Source: Bacteroidales bacterium (GTDB lineage: Bacteria > Bacteroidota > Bacteroidia > Bacteroidales > Prolixibacteraceae). Taken from it: a stretch of DNA of 64,000 nt. Every line of letters begins with the position of its first letter. Within the stretch, counting starts at the first letter, position 1. Shown piece after piece: positions 19,623 to 29,039 of this stretch. A model generated the notes under the pieces. The model was not told the origin of the DNA. It worked only from the letters and a program-made list of their open reading frames with translations, and made no database searches. The position numbers and the translations under genes are program-made. The stretch spans positions 39,923 to 103,922 of the forward strand of contig JBBIHB010000008.1 of NCBI GenBank assembly GCA_037447215.1, read 5' to 3'.

Positions 19623-21797
19623 ATGTTGAAAGCATCATGGTATAAATATAAACTCATTTTCAGGCATCCGTCTGGAACATCGCGGGGAATTATGCATGAA
19701 AAGGAAACACGGTTTCTGCATCTCATGGACGAAGAGCACCCTGAAATTATCGGGATCGGAGAGTGTAACCTGTTGAAAGGACTTAGCTGCGATGACCGGC
19801 CAGGCTATGAACCGATGTTAAATTGGGTGTGCCTTAATATCAATCGGATATCCGAAAATTTCCATTTTTTTCTGAAAGATTGGCCATCGATCAGATTGGG
19901 CTTGGAAATGGGCTTGATTGATTTGCAACAAGGGGGTAACCGCTTTCTGTTTCCATCTGAATTCACCAGGGGGGAGAAAGCTATTCACATTAATGGCCTT
20001 GTTTGGATGGGGGACAAGGATTTTATGCTCCACCAAATCGGTGAAAAACTGGATCAAGGCTTTTCGGTAATCAAAATGAAAGTTGGAGCCATCGATTTTG
20101 AAGCCGAATGTGCCCTTCTCGAATATATCCGTACCAAATATGATCAGAATACCATTTCTATCCGTCTCGATGCAAATGGTGCATTCTCACCTGATGTAGT
20201 ATCTCATAAGCTCAAAAAACTTTCACAATATCAAATTCACAGCCTAGAACAACCTATTCCAGCTGGGCAACCTGATCTGATGGCTGAGATATGCCGTAAT
20301 TCACCCATACCCATAGCATTGGACGAAGAATTGATAGGGGTACATTCAATAGATGAAAAAAGAAGGCTACTTGAAATGATCCATCCTCATTTTATCGTTC
20401 TTAAACCTTCATTGCTTGGAGGTTTTGAAGCCTCTAGCGAATGGATTTCACTTGCACAGGAAATAAATACCGGATGGTGGGTAACCTCTGCACTCGAATC
20501 CAATATCGGGCTGAATGCCATTGCCCAATGGACTGCAACCCTGAATAATCCACTTCCGCAAGGGCTGGGAACAGGTTCGCTTTTTACGAACAATATCAGG
20601 GCACCATTAGTAGTCAGGAACGGATTTCTTCATTATTATCCCGAAATAGAGTGGGATTTGAAATTTATCGGAATAAATAAAGAACATTATTGTTGGAAAT
20701 TGCCCCTAACCTTAAATGGACAAACCCTGAACCCTGAAGATGCAATATCTCTTGTCGAAGATTTGAGTAAAGACCATTCAGTGGAAATCTGGTTGCCCGA
20801 ACTGGGAAAATTTTTAAAGCAATGGTATTCCAACGAAGAAATTATTACGGTTAATACATCCGGCTCAACCGGTAAGCCCAAAGAAATTCAGATCAGCAAA
20901 ACTGCCATGATTGATTCGGCAAGGGTAACCGGGGAATATTTGCAGCTATTCAACCATTCCAATGCATTACTTTGCCTTTCAACACGTTACATTGCCGGTA
21001 TGATGATGGTGGTCAGGGCAATGGTTTATAAGCAAAATCTGATATATGTCAATCCCGATGGAAATCCGCTCATGCACCTCTCCGAAGAAAATATTCCGGC
21101 ATTTGCAGCCATGATACCCGCCCAGGTTTACAATGCCCTCGATAACCCGGTTTCAGCACTCCGGCTCAAAAAAATCAGGACTCTAATTATTGGCGGAGGC
21201 GAAATTCACACTCTTCTTGAAGAAAAATTGAAAAGCCTGCAAAATGCTGTTTATGCAACTTTTGGGATGACCGAAACCATTTCCCACATTGCATTGCGCC
21301 GCATCAGCGGACAAAAAGCCACAACCAATTACACAACCTTACCAGGAATAACATTTTCGGCCGATGACCGGGGCTGTCTGGTGATCCATGCACCTCATGT
21401 AGGTTCTGAGCCTTTGGTAACCAATGATATAATTGAAATAACCGGAAAAAACCAATTCGCATGGTTGGGCAGGTACGACAATATCATCAACCGGGGTGGC
21501 GTAAAATTGAACCCCGAAGTGATTGAAAAAAAACTGGCAGGAAAAATCTCCGGGCTTTTTTTTATTGCACCTTTTCCCGATGCCCGGTTCGGGCAGGTGC
21601 CGGTGCTTATAGTCGAAAATGAAATTATGCTGATTGACGAAAAGCAAAGGCTGGAAGAATCAATGGAGAAATTGCTTTCAAGAATTGAAAAGCCATTTCA
21701 TATTTTTCATTCCCGGAAATTTGAGCTTACCGGAAGCGGAAAAATCAACCGGATGGCTACTTTACAAAAAACAGTAACGGATAGATTAATGGATTAA
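19623..21797 (+). CDS. menC/menE: Fused o-succinylbenzoate synthase / o-succinylbenzoate--CoA ligase
   Basis: The N-terminal ~360 aa is an enolase-superfamily OSBS (VIKMKVG, IRLDANGAF, LEQP, ALDEEL). The C-terminal ~360 aa is an AMP-binding ligase (TSGSTGKPKEIQ, FGMTET, GRYDNIINRGGVKLNPEVIE). There is no stop and no ATG at the junction (...IGINKEHYCWKLPLTLNGQ...). Confidence 0.8.
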   Translation: MLKASWYKYKLIFRHPSGTSRGIMHEKETRFLHLMDEEHPEIIGIGECNLLKGLSCDDRPGYEPMLNWVCLNINRISENFHFFLKDWPSIRLGLEMGLIDLQQGGNRFLFPSEFTRGEKAIHINGLVWMGDKDFMLHQIGEKLDQGFSVIKMKVGAIDFEAECALLEYIRTKYDQNTISIRLDANGAFSPDVVSHKLKKLSQYQIHSLEQPIPAGQPDLMAEICRNSPIPIALDEELIGVHSIDEKRRLLEMIHPHFIVLKPSLLGGFEASSEWISLAQEINTGWWVTSALESNIGLNAIAQWTATLNNPLPQGLGTGSLFTNNIRAPLVVRNGFLHYYPEIEWDLKFIGINKEHYCWKLPLTLNGQTLNPEDAISLVEDLSKDHSVEIWLPELGKFLKQWYSNEEIITVNTSGSTGKPKEIQISKTAMIDSARVTGEYLQLFNHSNALLCLSTRYIAGMMMVVRAMVYKQNLIYVNPDGNPLMHLSEENIPAFAAMIPAQVYNALDNPVSALRLKKIRTLIIGGGEIHTLLEEKLKSLQNAVYATFGMTETISHIALRRISGQKATTNYTTLPGITFSADDRGCLVIHAPHVGSEPLVTNDIIEITGKNQFAWLGRYDNIINRGGVKLNPEVIEKKLAGKISGLFFIAPFPDARFGQVPVLIVENEIMLIDEKQRLEESMEKLLSRIEKPFHIFHSRKFELTGSGKINRMATLQKTVTDRLMD

Positions 21798-21861
21798 TTT
21801 GTTCTAACATTCTTATTTAGTTGAAAATCAGCCAAAAATTTTTACAATAAAATATAAGTTT

Positions 21862-21869
21862 TACATTTG
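21862..21869 (+). promoter_or_regulatory. Bacteroidota -7 box (TAnnTTTG) upstream of the OMP gene
   Basis: TACATTTG lies 29 nt upstream of ATG 21898. Confidence 0.45.
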
Positions 21870-21897
21870 CTATTGAAAAATCAAAATAAAAACCAGT

Positions 21898-23535
21898 ATG
21901 AAAAGGATCTTTTTAACAACAATTTTGATTGGTGCATTAGCACTTTCATCTTATTCAGGTGGCTTGCTCACCAATACCAACCAGAGTGCACAGTTTGTGC
22001 GTATGTTAAGCCGTAATGCTTCAACACAGATTGACGCAGTGTATTTTAATCCGGCAGGTTTGATAAAACTGGAAGATGGATGGCATTTTTCTATCAACAA
22101 CCAGAGTATTTTTCAGGAAAAATCAGTTGTTAGTAAATTCCCTTTGCTTAACGACCCCGAATATATTGGTGATGTTCAGGCGCCTGTTTTTCCCTCGGCA
22201 TTTGCAGTTTATAAAATGAACGATCTGGCCCTTTCGGTTGGATTTGGACCGGTTGGAGGAGGAGGATCAGCAACTTTTGAAAGGGGGCTGCCCTCGTTCG
22301 AAATACCGATTTCAAAAGTTGTTCCCGGTTTGGCAGGCCTGAATGCATTGGGATACAATGTAACAAATTACGATGCAAAACTTTATTTCGATGGGAGCTC
22401 AATATTCTGGGGAATACAAGCCGGGGCAACTTATCGCATGAGTGATATGCTTTCGGTTTATGGTGGGGTACGGTACATGCCAAGTACCAACATGTATGCC
22501 GGATCAATCAAAGATGTTCAGGTTAAAGTGAACGGAAATTTTGTGAAGGTACCACAGTTTCTCCCACAGGTGGGAAATACCCTAAAGGCAACCGCCACTC
22601 AGCTTAGCGGTGCTGCTACTAATTTGCAGCCACTGATCAATCAGGGTGCCGGCACATTAACCCTTGCACAATTGCAGGCTGGTGGGGTAATCAATGCCAC
22701 TACAGCTGCCCAGATATCTGGTGGACTAATTGCAGTAGGTGTTCCTGCCGCGCAGGTTGCTGCAATGAATGTTGCAACCATACAGGGAACCTATACAGCT
22801 TATGCCAATAATTTCAATACACAAGGTAATACCCTGATTGCTACCGGAAATATGTTGAATGACAAAGAAGTGGATACAAAACAAACCGGCGCTGGAATTA
22901 CACCAATGATCGGCATTAATTATTCTCCTTCAGATAATCTGAATATTGCTTTGAAATACGAACACAAAACCAAACTTGAGCTTACTAACTCAACCGAAGT
23001 GGATGATCTGGGTTTATTTCCCGATGGTCAAAAAACAAGGAGCGATATTCCGGCTTTCCTTGCTTTGGGAGTGGGTTACCAACCATCTGATTTTCTAGAA
23101 GCCCAATTGTCGTACAATTTGTATTTCGACAAGAATGTTGATTGGGGCAAAAACGTCCGTGAGATTGTTTACGATCGTGATGTAAAACGTGAAATCAATA
23201 AAAATATGTGGGAATTGGCTTTAGGGCTCCAGCTTAATTTAACCGATAAATTTGCATTGAGCGTTGGCGGTTTGACCACCAATCCCGGGATTAACGATAA
23301 TTACCAGAGCGATTTCAGCTACAGCAACCCATCTTATACGCTTGCAGCCGGATTTCAGTGGAAAATTACCGAAGGGCTGGCTTTCGATGCAGGTTTTATG
23401 AATGTTTTCTATAAAGATGCTGACGTTACATTTACTGATCCTGCGCTGACTGTAAATAATGGAAAATATAACGAAGTTCTGGGAAAAACACTCATGGGCT
23501 TTGGTTTTGGTCTGACATACAGTATTTTCAGGTAG
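21898..23535 (+). CDS. Outer-membrane beta-barrel protein (FadL/OmpP1-like)
   Basis: Signal peptide, alternating beta-strand pattern, and a Gly/Ala-rich extracellular insertion. The C-terminal beta-signal ends in ...GFGFGLTYSIFR. The family assignment is only by general resemblance. Confidence 0.55.
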   Translation: MKRIFLTTILIGALALSSYSGGLLTNTNQSAQFVRMLSRNASTQIDAVYFNPAGLIKLEDGWHFSINNQSIFQEKSVVSKFPLLNDPEYIGDVQAPVFPSAFAVYKMNDLALSVGFGPVGGGGSATFERGLPSFEIPISKVVPGLAGLNALGYNVTNYDAKLYFDGSSIFWGIQAGATYRMSDMLSVYGGVRYMPSTNMYAGSIKDVQVKVNGNFVKVPQFLPQVGNTLKATATQLSGAATNLQPLINQGAGTLTLAQLQAGGVINATTAAQISGGLIAVGVPAAQVAAMNVATIQGTYTAYANNFNTQGNTLIATGNMLNDKEVDTKQTGAGITPMIGINYSPSDNLNIALKYEHKTKLELTNSTEVDDLGLFPDGQKTRSDIPAFLALGVGYQPSDFLEAQLSYNLYFDKNVDWGKNVREIVYDRDVKREINKNMWELALGLQLNLTDKFALSVGGLTTNPGINDNYQSDFSYSNPSYTLAAGFQWKITEGLAFDAGFMNVFYKDADVTFTDPALTVNNGKYNEVLGKTLMGFGFGLTYSIFR

Positions 23536-23557
23536 TATCCCATTTATTATACAAAAA

Positions 23558-23590
23558 ATAGCTATCCGCAAGCGGGTAGCTATTTTTTTT
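23558..23590 (+). terminator. Rho-independent terminator after the OMP gene
   Basis: ATAGCTATCC-GCAAGC-GGGTAGCTAT hairpin followed by T8. Confidence 0.75.
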
Positions 23591-23862
23591 AATCCTGTAA
23601 CAATTTCAAAGATTTACCAGTCCAACCTGTACATACTGGATGTACCTTTTCTGAAAACACTGCAAAACCTTGCCGGCTTTATTTGGTCATACTATTCAAA
23701 GAACGTGTATGGGGTATTGGTGGGGCAATCTTATTTCTACCGATATTCCGCTCTTTTGGAGCTTTTCTTTGCCTTCTCTTCCTTTTTTTCAGACTACCTG
23801 CAGCCAACTGCCTCTAATTGCCTCCGCCTCTTGTCCGTCCCCTGACTGATGCCTCTGCCTTT

Positions 23863-24624
23863 TCACTTTATCCTGTAAACTTCTCCTGCCCCATATCGGC
23901 TTGTAAGCAGTAACTTATATCCTATGAACAGAGAATTGAAAGATTCGTAGGCTGTTTCGGGACTATTATTTTCTTTTGAGATATGGCTCAGGAACACACA
24001 CTCAAGCCCGGGATGGCCAAAATCCCTTACCAGCTCCATTGCTTGCCTGTTCGATAAATGCCCGTGTGCAGAGGCTACCCGGATTTTAAGGAATAATGGA
24101 TAGGAACCTTTCCAGAGCATATCTTCATCATAGTTGGTTTCCATAAAAAGGGCATGGCATTGCTGTACAGCTGTCTTTATATTAATGCAGGGTTCGCCGA
24201 TGTCGGTGAATACGCCGACATTTTTGCCATTGTGTTCAATCATGAATGAACAAGGTTCAACAGCATCATGATTTTTAAGCATCGTATGAACCTTAAATGA
24301 GCCTGCTTCAACTGTATCGCCGGGTTTGAAAAACTTCACATACTCCGGCCTGAAAGGCCCTGGAACAGAGGAATAGGTGCGGCTGGTCATATACACATTC
24401 ACTGCAAGCCGCTTGCTTAATACCTGCATTCCCCGTGTGTGGTCGGAGTGTTCATGTGAGATAAAGATGGCCTTTACCTTGCCCGGATTTAAGCCAGTGG
24501 TTTTAAAACGTTGTATCAATTGTCTGGCTGATATACCGGCATCTACCAGAATTGCATCGTGTTGGTTGCCTATGTAGTAACAATTGCCGTTACTTCCCGA
24601 TGCGAGTGCGCAAATTTCAATCAT
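23863..24624 (-). CDS. MBL-fold metallo-hydrolase
   Basis: HxHxDH motif (ISHEHSDHTRG) with downstream His/Asp ligands. 253 aa, YycJ/PhnP-like size. Confidence 0.85.
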   Translation of the reverse strand: MIEICALASGSNGNCYYIGNQHDAILVDAGISARQLIQRFKTTGLNPGKVKAIFISHEHSDHTRGMQVLSKRLAVNVYMTSRTYSSVPGPFRPEYVKFFKPGDTVEAGSFKVHTMLKNHDAVEPCSFMIEHNGKNVGVFTDIGEPCINIKTAVQQCHALFMETNYDEDMLWKGSYPLFLKIRVASAHGHLSNRQAMELVRDFGHPGLECVFLSHISKENNSPETAYESFNSLFIGYKLLLTSRYGAGEVYRIK

Positions 24625-24646
24625 TAATAAAAAATCTTACAGATGG

Positions 24647-25189
24647 TTATTTAACCAGTTTTGAGATGGCTTTAAATTCGGGTGCGGCCGAACTGCGTGT
24701 GAGCTCAAACAATACCGATTCCACAGAGGTCATCAGAATGCCCTCGTACCTGAACCTTTCCTTAGCCATTTCAATACTGAAGGGTGAACGTGACGAAACC
24801 CCATCTGAAACAACAATTGGGTTAAAACCCACTTCTTTCAGGTCGAGAACGGTTAGCAGCACACATACATGTGATTCGATTCCGCAAACAATGATATTTT
24901 TTACATTAAGCATATTGAGCTGGGCCATTACTTCAGGTTCGTCGCAACAACTGAAATCCCGTTTTTCGAAGTACCTGAATTCGTCAAACAGCGATGAAAT
25001 GTCCTTTACTGTTTCACCCAGACCTTTGGTGTATTGTTGTGTAACCAAAATGGGAATCTGCAGGACATTTAGCCCTTCAATCAGTATGCGGCAGTTTTTC
25101 ATCAGATTTTCTTTACCTTCCATAACCGGTAGCAGTCGTTCCTGTATGTCGATGACCAGTGCCGCGGTGTTCTCTCTTTTTATTCTCAT
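24647..25189 (-). CDS. Isochorismatase-family cysteine hydrolase
   Basis: ALVIDIQ (catalytic Asp region), a conserved Lys region, and nucleophile motif VCGIESHVCV. 180 aa. Confidence 0.8.
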   Translation of the reverse strand: MRIKRENTAALVIDIQERLLPVMEGKENLMKNCRILIEGLNVLQIPILVTQQYTKGLGETVKDISSLFDEFRYFEKRDFSCCDEPEVMAQLNMLNVKNIIVCGIESHVCVLLTVLDLKEVGFNPIVVSDGVSSRSPFSIEMAKERFRYEGILMTSVESVLFELTRSSAAPEFKAISKLVK

Positions 25190-25299
25190 GATTTTATCAA
25201 ATGTCGCTTACAATTTCACGTGCCAATTTTCATATTTCAGGTTCTTCAAAAGACTTTGCCAAACGCCTGTTTATTTATTAAATATACAGAATTACCTAA

Positions 25300-25947
25300 T
25301 TACTGCATCGCCGGATCATTGTATGACTTAATTACAGAATCACCTTTTCCTGCCTGAGCTCTCGACTTATCTCCCAGATAACCCCCATGATGCCTTTTGG
25401 CATAATCATCGCTGGTAAAGCCAATTTTTTTCATCATCAGAACCATAAGGATATCGCCAATTACCGTCATTGCAGTAGTTGAAGTGCTTGGGGTAAGTCG
25501 AAGCGGGCAAACTTCTTCAGGCGCTCCGGTAAACAGGCAGGCATCAGCCATCATTGCGAGTTCACTTTCTTTGTTTCCTGTGATAACAATCAATGGAATT
25601 CTGGGATACAGTTTCCCGGATAATTCGACCAGTTCGAGTATTTCGCGGGTTTTTCCCGAATTTGATATCAGAAGCAAGGCATCATGTTCCTGCAGAACAC
25701 CCAGATCGCCGTGTTGCGAATCACTTGGGTGGAGGAAAACCGCCGGTGTGCCGGTCGAACTGAGGGTAGTGGCAATATTCAATGCAATCTGGCCGGCTTT
25801 GCCCATTCCACTGGCGACCAACTTTCCCTTAAGCTGATGTACATGTTTATATATGATATCTGTTGCTTTCAGAAAATCATCAGTAACTGGAATATTTTTT
25901 ATGGCTTTCGCCTCGTGCTCAATAACTTTTTCGATATCTGAATTCAT
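25300..25947 (-). CDS. SIS-domain sugar-phosphate isomerase (KpsF/GutQ-like, without CBS domains)
   Basis: SIS motifs GKLVASGMGKAGQIA, LLLISNSGKTRE and IVITGN. 215 aa. Confidence 0.75.
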   Translation of the reverse strand: MNSDIEKVIEHEAKAIKNIPVTDDFLKATDIIYKHVHQLKGKLVASGMGKAGQIALNIATTLSSTGTPAVFLHPSDSQHGDLGVLQEHDALLLISNSGKTREILELVELSGKLYPRIPLIVITGNKESELAMMADACLFTGAPEEVCPLRLTPSTSTTAMTVIGDILMVLMMKKIGFTSDDYAKRHHGGYLGDKSRAQAGKGDSVIKSYNDPAMQ

Positions 25948-26126
25948 TACACTTAATTATTTGAGGCAAAAATAACCTAAATTGATGTTTTAAGTCATCA
26001 AAAATGGGTGTTTAATTGTTCATTTTCATTATTGAAAAAATAAAATCATTATCAACATATTTAAATCTTCGCATAAATAAATATTTTATACTTTTAACAG
26101 ATTGTAAATCAACTAATATAATTGAA

Positions 26127-27266
26127 ATGAAAATTCATGAATATCAGGCAAGGGATTTATTTAAAAAATATGGTATCCCAGTCCCGGATGGTTATGTTTG
26201 CCATTCGGTTTTAGAAGCAGAAAACCTGATCCCCGACGATGATCAGTTGAGGGTGGTAAAGGCCCAGGTTCATGCCGGGGGTAGAGGCAAAGCAGGTGGT
26301 GTTAAGCTGGCCCATAATAAAGATGAGGTTATTGCAAATGCCATCAGAATACTTGGGATGGATATCAAAGGGTATAAAGTTGAAAAGGTTTTGATTGCCA
26401 ATGCAGTAGAAATAGAGAAGGAGTTTTATATCGGCCTTATTAACGACCGGAATACCAAATCGGTTACCCTGATGGCAAGTGCCGAAGGCGGTGTCGAAAT
26501 TGAAGAAGTTGCCAAAGTTTCGCCAGAGAAAATCATCAGACTCTCAATTGATCCTGTAGCTGGGCTCATGGACTGGCAGGCGCGGGAAGTAGCGTTTAAA
26601 CTGTTCAGCGACATCAATCATGTCAGGGTTGCTGTCGATATCTTTAAAAAATTGTATAAACTCTATGTAGAAACCGATTCAACACTGGCCGAAATTAACC
26701 CTCTTGTTATCACTAAAGAGAATGAAGTAAAAGCAATAGATGGTAAAATGAATTTCGACGACAATGCCTTGTACCGGCAAGCCTCGATTTTAAAGCTCCG
26801 CGAAGTCACCGAAGATGAGCAAAAAGAGATTGATGCCAATGAAAAGGGGCTCTCCTACATAAAACTCGATGGTTCAATTGGTTGCATGGTTAATGGAGCA
26901 GGACTGGCAATGGCTACTATGGATATGATTAAGCTTTATGGAGGTGAACCGGCAAACTTTCTTGATATTGGTGGATCATCAAACCCTCAGAAGGTAATCG
27001 ATGCTATGAATATCCTGCTCAGCGACACCAATGTTAAGGCTGTGATGATCAATATTTTCGGGGGTATTACTCGTTGCGACGACGTAGCGCGCGGTTTGAT
27101 AGCTGCCCTGGAGCAGATCAAAACCGACATACCGATTGTGGTACGTTTATCGGGTACCAATGCAAAGGAGGGCCTCGAACTTTTAAAAGCCACTGGTCTT
27201 CCTACCGTTGCCACCATGCGCGAAGCTGCTTTAAAAGCCATAGAACTGAGCAAGAAACAGAATTGA
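26127..27266 (+). CDS. sucC: Succinate--CoA ligase (ADP-forming) subunit beta
   Basis: [18 protein letters not shown] start, [18 protein letters not shown] and [15 protein letters not shown]. The start is trimmed from the track's 26016. Confidence 0.95.
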   Translation: MKIHEYQARDLFKKYGIPVPDGYVCHSVLEAENLIPDDDQLRVVKAQVHAGGRGKAGGVKLAHNKDEVIANAIRILGMDIKGYKVEKVLIANAVEIEKEFYIGLINDRNTKSVTLMASAEGGVEIEEVAKVSPEKIIRLSIDPVAGLMDWQAREVAFKLFSDINHVRVAVDIFKKLYKLYVETDSTLAEINPLVITKENEVKAIDGKMNFDDNALYRQASILKLREVTEDEQKEIDANEKGLSYIKLDGSIGCMVNGAGLAMATMDMIKLYGGEPANFLDIGGSSNPQKVIDAMNILLSDTNVKAVMINIFGGITRCDDVARGLIAALEQIKTDIPIVVRLSGTNAKEGLELLKATGLPTVATMREAALKAIELSKKQN

Positions 27267-27285
27267 ACCTTTAAAAAGAATCGAA

Positions 27286-28170
27286 ATGAGCATATTGATT
27301 AATAAGAATACCAAATTGATCGTACAGGGAATAACCGGTCGCGACGGAGCTTTTCATGCAGGGAAAATGCAATCGTACGGTACTCATGTGGTTGGTGGTG
27401 TGTCGCCAGGTAAAGGCGGACAACACATCAATGGCATCCCCATTTTCAATACAGTTAAGGAAGCCAAAACCGAAACAGGGGCTAACGCTTCGGTAATATT
27501 TGTGCCGGCACCTTTCGCTGCCGATGCAATACTGGAGGCAAGCTATGCAGGGATAGAACTGGTTGTTGCCATCACCGAAGGGGTCCCGGTGCAGGATATG
27601 ATAAAAGTTATGCCCTTTATAAAACAGAATGGAACCAGGATGATCGGGCCCAACTGCCCGGGTTTGATCACACCGGGAGAATGCCTTATCGGGATATTAC
27701 CTGGCAACATTTTTATGAAAGGAAACATAGGATTGATGTCTCGTAGTGGAACATTAACCTACGAAGTGGTTAACCTCCTAACCGAAAACAAAATGGGGCA
27801 AACTACCTGTGTGGGTATTGGTGGTGATCCGGTTGCCGGGCTTTATTATCAGGAGTTGCTCAAAATGTTCGAGGAAGATCCGAATACCGATGCGGTTGTT
27901 TTGATTGGCGAAATTGGAGGCGATGCCGAAGAACAGGCTGCCAGGTTTATTAAGGAGAAAATGACCAAACCCGTAGTGGCTTTCATTGCCGGCCAGACAG
28001 CTCCGCCAGGAAAACGCATGGGGCATGCAGGAGCCATCATTTCGAGCGGATCGGGAACAGCTGAAGAAAAAATCAGCGCTTTTAACGATGCTGGCGTTCC
28101 GGTGGCCAAGGAGCCTTCGGAGATTCCGGCTTTGCTCAAAGAAAAAATGAAAACGGGAAAAAATGAATAG
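27286..28170 (+). CDS. sucD: Succinate--CoA ligase subunit alpha
   Basis: [30 protein letters not shown] and the phosphohistidine loop [11 protein letters not shown]. Confidence 0.95.
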   Translation: MSILINKNTKLIVQGITGRDGAFHAGKMQSYGTHVVGGVSPGKGGQHINGIPIFNTVKEAKTETGANASVIFVPAPFAADAILEASYAGIELVVAITEGVPVQDMIKVMPFIKQNGTRMIGPNCPGLITPGECLIGILPGNIFMKGNIGLMSRSGTLTYEVVNLLTENKMGQTTCVGIGGDPVAGLYYQELLKMFEEDPNTDAVVLIGEIGGDAEEQAARFIKEKMTKPVVAFIAGQTAPPGKRMGHAGAIISSGSGTAEEKISAFNDAGVPVAKEPSEIPALLKEKMKTGKNE

Positions 28171-28172
28171 AG

Positions 28173-28472
28173 ATGAAAACCTTGATGTCGAATAAGAACT
28201 TCAGGTTCTTTTTCATATTGCTGGTTACTGTTTTGGTTATCGCCGGTTGTGCTGATGTTACCAATATCGATGCCTGCCGTAATTCCGATCCCTATGGTTT
28301 TTTAGGAGGATTATGGCATGGTATAATAGCTCCGTTTTCATTTTTTGGGAGTTTGTTTTTCGATAGCATTGCTATGTATGCAATAAATAACAATGGAGGG
28401 TGGTACGATTTCGGGTTTGTTATTGGTGCTGGTATTCTATTCGGAGGGGGCAGCAGGGCAACTAAACGATAG
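28173..28472 (+). CDS. Small Gly-rich lipoprotein/membrane protein, function unknown
   Basis: Lipobox LVIAGC followed by a Gly/Phe-rich hydrophobic segment. The ATG is 2 nt after the sucD stop, suggesting co-transcription. Confidence 0.5.
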   Translation: MKTLMSNKNFRFFFILLVTVLVIAGCADVTNIDACRNSDPYGFLGGLWHGIIAPFSFFGSLFFDSIAMYAINNNGGWYDFGFVIGAGILFGGGSRATKR

Positions 28473-28531
28473 TTTGAAAGTAAGATTAATATAGTGAACT
28501 GCAGTTGATGGATTTTTCCACAACCGCTTTT

Positions 28532-28984
28532 TTATTTATTCAGTTGTTCCTGAATGAATTTAATTGTTACATATTCCCCATCCAGGATTAGTTTTGTATT
28601 GGCTTTCTGTATCAGGAATGTTTTTTCATTCAGGGATTCAAGAAAATATTGTTCCGAATCCAAAGCAGGACATGCCAATTTGGTAGCTGTAATAATACCG
28701 AAATGAATGCTATCTTCCTCTAACTGAAATTCTCCGAAAAACCGGTTACACCCTGCAAATCCTGAAAATTTTCCGCCTGATTGGTCGAATGAGATATAAA
28801 TCTTTTTTTCTCCAAACAGGTAACTATTTACAGATTCACCAATGATTGAATCGAGGAAAAATTTTGTTTCGGACAAGATTAAGTTTGTCTTTGTTTTGCC
28901 TTTTCCCTGTTTAACATTGTGTGAAGGCCTGCAACCCAAAAAAACCACCAGAAAACAAAAAACTATTATTATTATCCCCTTCAT
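28532..28984 (-). CDS. META (HslJ-like) domain lipoprotein
   Basis: Lipobox VFLGC plus the META signature FSGFAGCNRFFGEF...ATKLACP. Confidence 0.75.
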   Translation of the reverse strand: MKGIIIIVFCFLVVFLGCRPSHNVKQGKGKTKTNLILSETKFFLDSIIGESVNSYLFGEKKIYISFDQSGGKFSGFAGCNRFFGEFQLEEDSIHFGIITATKLACPALDSEQYFLESLNEKTFLIQKANTKLILDGEYVTIKFIQEQLNK

Positions 28985-29039
28985 AGTTGGCTGTGTTTTT
29001 CATCTTTCTGATCAGATTATTACCGCTTATCCTGAAGGA

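Noticed and set aside
23590-23862. Convergent spacer with TGCCTC-type pyrimidine-rich repeats, and a TTCTACCGATATTCCGCTCTTTTGGAGC segment reminiscent of short repeats seen in other Bacteroidota genomes
   Set aside because: There is only one degenerate copy in the window and no ORF, hairpin or second copy to support a call. The resemblance is from memory only.
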